From Nitrospiraceae bacterium (lineage in GTDB: Bacteria; Nitrospirota; Thermodesulfovibrionia; Thermodesulfovibrionales; UBA6898): a DNA stretch of 51,321 bases. Positions within the stretch are counted from its first letter, which is position 1. The number at the start of each line of letters is the position of its first letter. The position numbers were made by a program, and so were the translations under genes. Positions 1 through 7,315 of the stretch are shown here, piece after piece. Where the stretch lies: the NCBI GenBank assembly GCA_003153275.1, contig PLXX01000072.1:1661-52981 (forward strand), given 5' to 3'. The notes beneath the pieces are model-generated. The model was given only the letters and a program-made list of their open reading frames with translations. It was not told the DNA's origin and did no database searches.

Positions 1-638
1 AGTTCGCATACGCAACATTCTTAAATACGCTGGACCGGCGGGCTTTCAAGTCCGGTGTGATCGTCTATACTGACAATCCGGCCTTTACCTCTGTGATCGG
101 CAACGTCAACTTCATGGGGCGTTATGGTATTACACCCCATGAGGCCGCTGCCATTGTCATAGCCAGGTGTATACAGAGATATTCTGAAACACCCATCAAG
201 GAGACATACAATCTGCCCATGCGTGCTGAAATTAAAAACAAGAAAGTTCTAAAGACCGAGTCGTCGGCTTCTACCAATAACACCTCCCCCGTACCTGGAA
301 GGAAACGCGGGGAGCATGTTTGGAGTTTTTGGAAACGGCTAAAGGTCGGCGGGGCCTGCGATAACCTCAATGCGCTCTACCGTGTCAGGCTGCCCTCACA
401 GGGCTCCACAAGTTGCGCGACATCCGGCGCAGTCCTCTCGGACACCGACTGTCCTGTTGACAGTACGGCTTCGAGTGTGACCCCATGTTGTAAATCACGG
501 GACTTGTGTGGAATCGGGGCGCGCATCCCCGACGTCAGTCGGCGATAATACTGTTCGATCGCCGCATTTTGTAACTATGAGATATTTGTCCATAGTTTAA
601 GGAACGGTGGCTGTCAATTGATCAGTAAATCGATAAGT

Positions 639-731
639 TCATCGATCAGTACATTGACCAATTTTGGACATGCCGGCTTTTAAGTAAGAGCAATGGAGTC
701 AATTTTTTCTGGATATCAAAGCTCGCATGGT
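639..731. repeat. Left copy of a ~94-nt imperfect direct repeat. It is a dead duplicate of the upstream region and first 13 codons of the ydcF-like gene.
   Basis: Manual alignment to 29801-29894 gives 6 substitutions and one 1-nt T-run length difference. It carries the same ATG (693), but the shorter T-run makes it read MESIFSGYQSSHG-stop. Confidence 0.85.
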
Positions 732-978
732 TAACGTCCCGGCGCGAGAAAAACCCGTATCCTTGTAAAACCACCAAACCATGCTCGTCGAATTGCGGGA
801 GGTCTGACAGTGTGTGGTAGCGGCCTGCATGAGTATAGCTCGTCAGATATCCGAGAGAAGCGAGATCACGGAACAAGCTACGCCGCGAACGTCCTCCTGC
901 GGCTTTTGCAATCGATGCGAAGTCCATTGTCTGATTTCGCTGGAACAGCAGAGCAAGGTGTGCAGCCGCTTCATTCAT
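646..978 (-). pseudogene. Truncated winged-HTH protein fragment, possibly the N-terminus of a mobile-element or regulatory protein. It runs into the left repeat copy.
   Basis: The ORF begins MNEAAAHLALLFQRNQTMDFASIAKAAGGRSRRSLFRDLASLGYLTSYTHAGRYHTL, which is HTH-like. From ~735 downward the reading frame is simply the repeat sequence. The same C-terminal peptide ASFDIQKK appears in the antisense ORF at 29842-30138, so the 3' part is not native. Confidence 0.45.
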
Positions 979-1015
979 GCCCCACCTCCAATGGCAATAT
1001 TGGTACTATTTGTCT

Positions 1016-1354
1016 CTAACAGCCAAAGACAACTTTGAGGGCTGTTTTTACGGTGAACATTTGATCTGTCCCGATCATTCCGACACGCTCGACAAGGCGT
1101 TCCTCAGCTACAGAACGAACTTGGAAAAGATCTATCACGGATTTCTTAGCGAGGCCATTTTCATGTCCTGGGGTAAGAATAACCATCCAGGGCACCTCCT
1201 TGAATTTATCCTTGTAATCGGTAATTGGAGCTATGATCTTTAGTGGGAGTACGCCAACCGTGTCGTCATTAACGATTACGCAAGGACGAGTCTTTTTGAC
1301 TTCGGCTCCTATTGTCGGATCCAGATTAACTACCCATATTTCCCTCTGTCTCAT
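1016..1354 (-). CDS. mazF: Type II toxin, PemK/MazF-family endoribonuclease
   Basis: 112-aa ORF. REIWVVNLDPTIGAEVKKTRPCVIV and the following IAPIT segment fit the MazF/PemK pattern. The ATG overlaps the stop of the upstream antitoxin ORF (ATGA). Confidence 0.85.
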   Translation of the reverse strand: MRQREIWVVNLDPTIGAEVKKTRPCVIVNDDTVGVLPLKIIAPITDYKDKFKEVPWMVILTPGHENGLAKKSVIDLFQVRSVAEERLVERVGMIGTDQMFTVKTALKVVFGC

Positions 1355-1602
1355 TTGAAATCCTCCCCGTCCAAAGATTGAAGGGCAGTGAGGTCGGTGT
1401 TCTGCCGGTATTCATCAACCATAGAACGTGCAATTTTCTCAACTTTCTTTTTTTGCTGAGATTCCCTGTAGGCTTCAAATGCTTTAGCAATAAGCTCAGA
1501 CTGAGACAGTGAAAGTTCTGTGGCAAGGCTCTTGATTGCCCTGGAATAGCCGTGCGGCAATGAAATAGTTATACGGTCATGCTGCTTTGAAGCTGTCGTC
1601 AT
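1351..1602 (-). CDS. Ribbon-helix-helix (CopG/MazE-like) antitoxin
   Basis: I moved the start from the track's 1665 to the ATG at 1602, which is preceded by GGAAGGAG 7 nt upstream. ITISLPHGYSRAIKSLATELSLSQSELIAKAFEAY fits an RHH pattern. The ORF overlaps the toxin start. Confidence 0.7.
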   Translation of the reverse strand: MTTASKQHDRITISLPHGYSRAIKSLATELSLSQSELIAKAFEAYRESQQKKKVEKIARSMVDEYRQNTDLTALQSLDGEDFK

Positions 1603-1698
1603 AACAGTTCTCCTTCCTTGAATTTTCATTATGTCTATAATGACATACAATTGTACGGAATACAATATGTATTAGAATACGCGATAAGTTATGTCTGA

Positions 1699-1908
1699 GG
1701 TAAGATTGCAGGCGAGGATGGCATTATCGGTCCGCGTGCAGAGCAGTTCGAAAAGGGCGAACGGATTATTATTAACGACGGGCCGTTCAGGGATTTCTCA
1801 GGAGTGTTCAAGAGGGACCTCCCCGGAAGAGACAGGGTCGTCATCTTACTCAACGCACTGCATGGCAGCCTCGAACTCGACCGCGGGGCCCTTAGGAAAC
1901 AACGGTAA
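1699..1908 (+). pseudogene. 5'-truncated RfaH/NusG-family antiterminator gene (KOW domain only)
   Basis: This frame is not in the ORF track because it has no Met. It reads GKIAGEDGIIGPRAEQFEKGERIIINDGPFRDFSGVFKRDLPGRDRVVILLNALHGSLELDRGALRKQR-stop. It resembles the RfaH C-terminal KOW region (G-F-G-F ... LLLN pattern). A TGA at 1696-1698 lies immediately upstream and the NGN domain is absent. Confidence 0.6.
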
Positions 1909-2001
1909 TCAGTCCCTGAACAATACATGGTAAATGGCCCATGTTTACCTACCGCTTTCGATGAACTTTCTGTGTCCATTAATCAGCTTGTTGGGCCTGC
2001 T

Positions 2002-2030
2002 TTGCTATTTTAAAATGCATCTGCTATTAT
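2002..2030 (+). promoter_or_regulatory. Candidate sigma70-type promoter of the island operon
   Basis: TTGCTA (2002-2007), 17-nt spacer, TATTAT (2025-2030). It sits ~65 nt upstream of the ops-like element and ~110 nt upstream of the MarR-family gene. Confidence 0.4.
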
Positions 2031-2032
2031 AT

Positions 2033-2047
2033 GTTCATAGCATGAAC
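2033..2047. promoter_or_regulatory. Perfect inverted repeat GTTCAT-AGC-ATGAAC just downstream of the -10 box (candidate operator)
   Basis: 6-bp arms with a 3-nt spacer, read directly from the sequence. The position overlaps the predicted transcription start, and a MarR-family gene follows. Confidence 0.3.
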
Positions 2048-2095
2048 GCAGCACAAAATATGCAGCCTGCTTTGTAGTGGCGAGTGTCATGAAAC

Positions 2096-2107
2096 GGCGG
2101 TAGCCTG
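2096..2107 (+). promoter_or_regulatory. ops-like (operon polarity suppressor) element GGCGGTAGCCTG
   Basis: It matches the enterobacterial ops consensus GGCGGTAGnnTG at all 10 specified positions. It lies on the coding strand in the 5' leader of a ~27-kb co-directional glycan operon. Confidence 0.5.
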
Positions 2108-2139
2108 TCCGGGTGTGCAGCCCCTCCGCTTGCAAGAAC

Positions 2140-2466
2140 ATGAACGAATCCCAGTATAAAATCCTGCTTGAAATCTCGTACAAAGGGACGCTTTCTCAGC
2201 GCGACCTTGCCAAAAAGATCGGCCTCAGCCTTGGCAAGATAAACTATACAGTAAATGCCCTCCTCGAAAAAGGGTATATTAAGGCGAGCCGCTTCAAGAA
2301 CTCAAAGAACAAGATGGCCTATCGGTATATACTCACCCCCTCTGGGGTGTTCACAAAGATCACCCAGACCCATCTGTTCCTCGAGAGAAAGACCAGGGAA
2401 TACGAACAGCTTAAGGCAGAAATAGAGGCCCTCCGGATTGAAGCGGAGAAGCAAAAAACAACGTGA
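2140..2466 (+). CDS. MarR-family, EPS-associated transcriptional regulator
   Basis: MNESQYKILLEISYKGTLSQRDLAKKIGLSLGKINYTVNALLEKGYIKASRFKNSKNKMAYRYILTPSG is a wHTH followed by a C-terminal coiled coil. I chose the ATG at 2140 rather than the GTG at 2113. Confidence 0.8.
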   Translation: MNESQYKILLEISYKGTLSQRDLAKKIGLSLGKINYTVNALLEKGYIKASRFKNSKNKMAYRYILTPSGVFTKITQTHLFLERKTREYEQLKAEIEALRIEAEKQKTT

Positions 2467-2777
2467 TCCAGGCCAATGTTCTCGCCGCCATGACTCAAAA
2501 TGGGGATGCAATAAACCAGGTCTATAACGTAACTGCCGGAGAAAGGACGACACTGAATGAGTTGTTCGGCATGATCAGGGGGTATCTTTCTGGTTATGAC
2601 GACAGGATTAAATCGATCGAGCCCATGTACTGGCCTTTTAGAAAAGGGGAAGTATTGCATTCCCTGACGGATATCTCTAAAGCGAAAAGATTAATCGGAT
2701 ATGATCCAAAATACAACGTTAAAAAGGACATGGAAGAGACTGTAAAATGGTTTTTTCAAAACAGACAAATGAAGTGA
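2463..2777 (+). pseudogene. C-terminal third of an NAD-dependent UDP-sugar 4-epimerase (WbpP/TviC-like), 5'-truncated
   Basis: VIQANVLAA...QVYNVTAGERTTLNELF...FRKGEVLHSLTDISKAKRLIGYDPKY matches only the last ~100 residues of ~340-aa SDR epimerases. The Rossmann N-terminal part is missing. The fragment abuts the MarR-family gene stop. Confidence 0.7.
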
Positions 2778-2844
2778 TATAATCAATAACTGGGACAAAG
2801 AGCCACTTAACGCATCATAAAAACAACAGAGAGGAGTGATGACC

Positions 2845-3093
2845 ATGCTAACGGAATATATCGAAGAGGCACTCAAAAGAGCCCATTATGAAATGATCGA
2901 CGATGAGGAACCCTTTTACGCGGAGATTAAGGAACTTAAGGGTGCGTGGGCAACCGGCAAATCGCTGGAAGAGTGCCGAGGGAATCTCAAGGATGTTATC
3001 GAGGGATGGATACTGCTCAGTATAAAAAAAGAGATAAAAATCTCGAAGCTTGGTAAATTCGGAATAAGAGAAGTTCACGAGTCGGTCGCATAG
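2845..3093 (+). CDS. hicB: HicB-family antitoxin (UPF0150)
   Basis: MLTEYIEEALKRAHYEMIDDEEPFYAEIKELKGAWATGKSLEECRGNLKDVIEGWILL is the classic HicB N-domain. A GAGGAG RBS lies 8-9 nt upstream of the ATG at 2845. Confidence 0.8.
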   Translation: MLTEYIEEALKRAHYEMIDDEEPFYAEIKELKGAWATGKSLEECRGNLKDVIEGWILLSIKKEIKISKLGKFGIREVHESVA

Positions 3094-3096
3094 AAG

Positions 3097-3150
3097 ATGC
3101 CTAAATTATCTCCTGTTACACGTTCTGAACTTATATCGAGACTATGTTGA
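3097..3150 (+). pseudogene. hicA: hicA toxin stub (17 codons)
   Basis: MPKLSPVTRSELISRLC-stop is the typical HicA N-terminus (MPKL..V..REL...L), cut off after 17 residues. It starts 3 nt after the hicB stop. Confidence 0.55.
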
Positions 3151-3293
3151 TTATGTCCATTAGTGGACTAACGGGCCTACTGTCCTTCGGGCTTGGTGAT
3201 GCTACGCTTCATTACGTTGCCCATTATACAGGTAATAGTGATGGTGAAGGAGCACGAGAGGTTTCTAAAGGACAGGGCGTATCTGAATGCTAA
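3144..3293 (+). pseudogene. Possible internal fragment of a Wzx/MOP-family flippase
   Basis: A 49-aa ORF reads MLIMSISGLTGLLSFGLGDATLHYVAHYTGNSDGEG... It resembles the loop motif (..GLG.A..KYV..Y.G.ND..) near TM2 of polysaccharide flippases. It has no flippase context on either side. Confidence 0.25.
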
Positions 3294-3940
3294 ATGAATT
3301 GATTAAGACTACCGTCCGTAAATTGTGTGCCTTAGCCGGCATACAAATTGTGCCCTTGACTAAACATCAAAAAGAACTGATGGGAAATGATGCTAATCTA
3401 CGTTATCGTCATTTTTGTATTCAAGACGCAATAACAATGCAGAGAGGGCAAATAACCCTTAAAGAAGCTAGGTTTCTTGGCCAACTTGTAAGTAATTTGG
3501 AAACTAAAGGACCTATTATTGAAATCGGGACCTTGTTCGGGTGGTCTACACGAATTATCTGCCTGTTTATGGATAACGGCAGAGAATTAATAACGGTAGA
3601 TAATTATTCGTGGAATCCCTTTGGTTTGCCGCCAGACATGCATTTTGAGACGACTAGAACTGTTCTTAAAGATGAAATCTCATCAGGACAGCCTCAATTG
3701 ATGAAAATGAGTAACACTGAGTTCTATAATATTTATTCGGGCCTTTCACCTGCACTAATTTTTATCGACGCCGACCACGAATACGAAGCTGTTAAGATGG
3801 ACATCGAGGGAGCGAAGAAATTAGGAGCAAAAATCATCTGTGGTCATGATTATGACGAAAGAAGATGCCCTGGCGTTGTCAAGGCTGTAGATGAATATGG
3901 AGGTCCCAAAAGGCTCGTAGGCAGTTTGTGGGTACTTTGA
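3287..3940 (+). CDS. Class I SAM-dependent methyltransferase (Methyltransf_24/CmcI-like)
   Basis: PIIEIGTLFGWST (glycine-rich SAM loop), LIFIDADHEYEAV, GHDY...GVVKAVDEY. Confidence 0.7.
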   Translation: MLNELIKTTVRKLCALAGIQIVPLTKHQKELMGNDANLRYRHFCIQDAITMQRGQITLKEARFLGQLVSNLETKGPIIEIGTLFGWSTRIICLFMDNGRELITVDNYSWNPFGLPPDMHFETTRTVLKDEISSGQPQLMKMSNTEFYNIYSGLSPALIFIDADHEYEAVKMDIEGAKKLGAKIICGHDYDERRCPGVVKAVDEYGGPKRLVGSLWVL

Positions 3941-4060
3941 AGAACCATCTAATAGAATCCTTGGCTAGTATTGTAGGATATCTAGTCGATACCCCTAATG
4001 CGACGGGAGGCAGCCGGCAGTATGGCGAAAACCGTGGACAAGGTTAGAAAGTGAGAACAA

Positions 4061-4888
4061 TTGTCTGAAGAAATTTCACTGATAATCGAAGCCGGACGGA
4101 CGGAAAAACATTACTGGCTGGACCTGTGGCGGTATCGCGAGCTGTTTTACTTCCTGGCCTGGCGGGATATCCTTGTCCGTTATAAACAGACGGTAATAGG
4201 CATTGCATGGGCATTGATTCGGCCATTCCTTACGATGGTGGTTTTTACCGTGGTCTTTGGTAAGTTAGCGAAGCTGCCTTCCGAAGGTGTGCCTTATCCG
4301 ATCATGGTCTTTGCCGCGATGCTGCCCTGGCAGTTTTTTTCGAATGCCCTGTCGGAGGCGAGCAACAGTCTTGTCGGAAATGCTAACCTTATTTCGAAGG
4401 TCTACTTCCCGCGCCTGATCATTCCGGCCAGTTCCGTGATCACGAGCTTTGTGGATTTTCTTATATCCGGCGTAATCCTCGTCGGCCTCATGGCCTGGTA
4501 TCGGTTTGTGCCGGACTGGCGGATTATCACTTTGCCGCTTTTCATCGGAATCGCCTTTGCCGCAGCCATGGGTGCAGGTCTCTGGCTTACTGCCCTTAAC
4601 GTCAAATATCGTGATTTTCGTTACATAGTGCCTTTCATCGTCCAGTTCGGCCTTTATATCTCACCGGTCGGTTTTTCGAGCAGTATAGTGCCGAGCAGAT
4701 GGCGGTTGCTTTATTCGCTTAATCCCATGGTGGGAGTAATAGACGGCTTTCGCTGGGCGATCCTGGGCAGCGAGAGCAAAATCTATTTGCCCGGCTTCAT
4801 AATTTCGATGGTGATAGTGGCGGCTCTGCTCATTACCGGCATTATGTACTTCAGAAAAACCGAGAAGTCGTTTGCGGATGTCATATGA
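4061..4888 (+). CDS. wzm: ABC-2 type polysaccharide/O-antigen export permease
   Basis: LDLWRYRELFYFLAWRDILVRYKQTVIGIAWALIRPFL is the Wzm/TagG signature, and 6 hydrophobic segments are present. The start is TTG, which is needed to retain the conserved N-terminus. The stop overlaps the wzt start. Confidence 0.9.
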   Translation: MSEEISLIIEAGRTEKHYWLDLWRYRELFYFLAWRDILVRYKQTVIGIAWALIRPFLTMVVFTVVFGKLAKLPSEGVPYPIMVFAAMLPWQFFSNALSEASNSLVGNANLISKVYFPRLIIPASSVITSFVDFLISGVILVGLMAWYRFVPDWRIITLPLFIGIAFAAAMGAGLWLTALNVKYRDFRYIVPFIVQFGLYISPVGFSSSIVPSRWRLLYSLNPMVGVIDGFRWAILGSESKIYLPGFIISMVIVAALLITGIMYFRKTEKSFADVI

Positions 4889-6165
4889 GTGACACTGTAA
4901 TCAAAGTCGACAACCTCTCGAAAAAATATCTGATTAGTCATCAGCAGACAGAGCGTTATGTTGCCTTGCGAGATGTGATGGCCGATAAAGCTAAGAGCTT
5001 GGGGCGTAGAGTATTATCGCCTTTTCGCTCTTCGCTCTCTGCTCCTCGCTCCACGCTTGAAGACTTTTTCGCCCTCAAGGATGTTTCTTTCGAAATCAAA
5101 CGCGGTGACCGTGTTGGCATTATCGGTCGGAACGGCGCAGGGAAATCGACGCTTCTGAAGGTACTAAGCAGGATTACCGAGCCTACGACCGGAAGGATTG
5201 AGATCAAGGGCAGGGTAGCAAGCCTTCTGGAAGTGGGAACAGGGTTCCACCCTGAATTGACGGGAAGGGAAAATATCTTCCTCAACGGCGCTATTCTGGG
5301 GATGACGAAGGCTGAAATAAAGAGAAAATTTGACGAGATCGTTGACTTTGCAGAGATCGAGAAGTTCCTTGACACACCGGTAAAACGATATTCGTCGGGG
5401 ATGTACGTGAGGCTGGCGTTTGCCGTGGCCGCGCACCTGGAGCCGGAGATACTGATTGTGGATGAGGTGCTGGCGGTCGGCGATGCGCAGTTTCAAAAGA
5501 AGTGTTTGGGGAAGATGGAGGAGGTGGGGAGAGAAGGCAGGACGGTCTTGTTTGTGAGTCATAATATGGGGGCAATAATAACGCTATGCGAATACTCAAT
5601 ATTGCTGAACAGCGGATTTATAGAAGCAATCGGACTGACTAGCAACGTTGTAAGTAAGTATACTATTGGGGAACAACAGACCGAGAATACGTTCTTGCCC
5701 GAACGAGGAAAACGGACTGGAGACGGGCGGGCTTATATCGAAAAAGTGAAAGTATCACCAAATCCATTGCGAACTGCAGAACCTGTAGAATTTGAATTTA
5801 CAATTGACAGATCTCACGATGGTAGAGACATTCAGGTCGAGTTAGCGATAGCCGTGAAAACGGAGGCGGGCACACCCTTATTTCAAATCTACTCTCAGCA
5901 TATGGGGAGAACCTTCTTACTGCGACAAGGTAAAACGATAATTAATGCTAAGGTTGATAATTTTTATCTTGCCCCTGGCAATTATTGGGTTAACGTGTGG
6001 ATGGGGGCTGGTGACGAACCAGTAGACTGGATTCAAAATGCTATGCTTTTGCAGGTCGAGCCAGGTTTCCTGGTAGCTGGGCAATGTGCCGATTCAAGAG
6101 GTTATCCCGTCATCGTACCATCGTCTTGGGATAAAATTGATCTCAGCCCAGATTTCTTGGAGTAA
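4885..6165 (+). CDS. wzt: Polysaccharide/O-antigen ABC transporter ATP-binding protein with a C-terminal Wzt_C-type glycan-binding domain
   Basis: Walker A GRNGAGKSTLLK, signature YSSGMYVRLAFA, Walker B ILIVDEVLAVGD. An extra ~150-aa beta-rich C-terminal domain covers residues ~270-426. Confidence 0.9.
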   Translation: MSDTVIKVDNLSKKYLISHQQTERYVALRDVMADKAKSLGRRVLSPFRSSLSAPRSTLEDFFALKDVSFEIKRGDRVGIIGRNGAGKSTLLKVLSRITEPTTGRIEIKGRVASLLEVGTGFHPELTGRENIFLNGAILGMTKAEIKRKFDEIVDFAEIEKFLDTPVKRYSSGMYVRLAFAVAAHLEPEILIVDEVLAVGDAQFQKKCLGKMEEVGREGRTVLFVSHNMGAIITLCEYSILLNSGFIEAIGLTSNVVSKYTIGEQQTENTFLPERGKRTGDGRAYIEKVKVSPNPLRTAEPVEFEFTIDRSHDGRDIQVELAIAVKTEAGTPLFQIYSQHMGRTFLLRQGKTIINAKVDNFYLAPGNYWVNVWMGAGDEPVDWIQNAMLLQVEPGFLVAGQCADSRGYPVIVPSSWDKIDLSPDFLE

Positions 6166-6171
6166 GAGACA

Positions 6172-6822
6172 GTGAAGAATTACCGCCTTGAGGAATATAA
6201 TAAAGTAATTCAATTTGTTGATATCGTTAAACCTGAGAATATTTTGGATGTAGGTTGCGGTGAAGGGCGATACGCAATACCTCTTGCACAGAGGGGTTAT
6301 AAGGTTACAGGGGTTGATAAAAATTGCGCTCAGGCTGATCATCTTACCCAATACGGCGTGGCCGTACTTTCGGAAGGCGAGTTTGTTAACGAATCTGAAA
6401 GCTATGATCTGGTGCTTATGAGCCACATAATAGAGCACGTGTCCAGCTCAGAACTCATTGAGTTCATGGATTCTTATTTGAAGGTATTAAAGACTAACGG
6501 TTATCTTATAATTGCTACACCATTCCTTCATAGTGGGTTTTATGATGATTATGATCATGTTCATCCTTATACGCCAGCCGCTATATTATCACTATATTCT
6601 GACTACGTTCAGCTACAAGCAAAGCCGCGTTATCGTCTAGAGTTCAGGCAACTCTGGATACGCCGTTGGCCATACAGTATACCCTGCTACTTCGGCGAAA
6701 ATAGTGGGCTCAGCATTCTTAAAAGAAACATAAACAGAATGCTCAAAGTTCTTTTCATGTTTTCTGATAGATTAGTAGGGAGAAGAACTGGATGGGTCGG
6801 GTTATTCCAGAGAATAAGCTGA
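6172..6822 (+). CDS. Class I SAM-dependent methyltransferase (Methyltransf_11/23-like)
   Basis: ILDVGCGEGRYAIPLAQRGYKVTGVD motif I and DLVLMSHIIEHV. GTG start. Confidence 0.75.
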   Translation: MKNYRLEEYNKVIQFVDIVKPENILDVGCGEGRYAIPLAQRGYKVTGVDKNCAQADHLTQYGVAVLSEGEFVNESESYDLVLMSHIIEHVSSSELIEFMDSYLKVLKTNGYLIIATPFLHSGFYDDYDHVHPYTPAAILSLYSDYVQLQAKPRYRLEFRQLWIRRWPYSIPCYFGENSGLSILKRNINRMLKVLFMFSDRLVGRRTGWVGLFQRIS

Positions 6823-7315
6823 GAAGCACCCACAAGGTCTCTTTCCGAAAGCGAATATTACTTGCACTAGCGATCGACTTACAGTCGAGTAGCCCAATAG
6901 GTGTCGCTGACCGCTATAAAGACGATAAATGTTAGACGGAAGAGAACATACGTCACTGAAGCATTACGTATTGCGAGATTTGGCCAGAGTTCTTTCTATT
7001 ATTTTGCTATTGACCGCTCATATCGGTCAGACTTTAAAGCATCCAATAGGTGATGGCTTTAGGGAGCTGGAGCTGATGGTCCAAATGGTTAAAAGTAAGT
7101 ATTTTTTTTAAATGTGTTTTGCGAACTCATGTAAGGTTCCATCGTGTCGGAAAAGTTCGACGGACTTTTAGCATTAGATCCTGATATGGCTTGGCTAATG
7201 AGACAGCCTGCTCGAAAATGCATGGTGAAGTATTCTTCGATCGACATATCAACACGCTTGCGAGAATGAGTGAGTCAGAAGTAGGTCCTGAGCACTTTAC
7301 GGGAAGAACTGTTCG

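Noticed and set aside
57-548. 163-aa plus-strand ORF at the window start. Its frame is open from position 3.
   Set aside because: The first ~85 residues (…FLNTLDRRAFKSGVIVYTDNPAFTSVIGNVNFMGRYGITPHEAAAIVIARCIQRY…) look protein-like, but I cannot assign a family. The remainder is Ser/Cys/Arg-rich and looks like non-coding read-through. A minus-strand reading of 380-560 vaguely resembles a decayed recombinase C-terminus, but not convincingly. Nothing here can be supported.
1603-1698. Palindrome TATGTC-TATAAT-GACATA upstream of the mazE-like gene, considered as the TA operator and promoter
   Set aside because: The inverted repeat is real, but the TATAAT reads on the plus strand and the operon is on the minus strand. 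I could not assemble a convincing -35/-10 pair on the correct strand, so it is not listed as a feature.
1689-1979. ORFs 1689-1979 (-) and 1691-1933 (+) from the track
   Set aside because: Both are Ser/Arg/Pro-rich and featureless. The third frame on the plus strand (1699-1908, no Met) gives a clean RfaH/NusG KOW-domain sequence, which explains the open frames.
6929-7111. 60-aa ORF as a real gene
   Set aside because: It is too short and has no RBS. At most it is a remnant of an Acyl_transf_3 N-terminus. It is treated only as part of the non-coding-gap observation.
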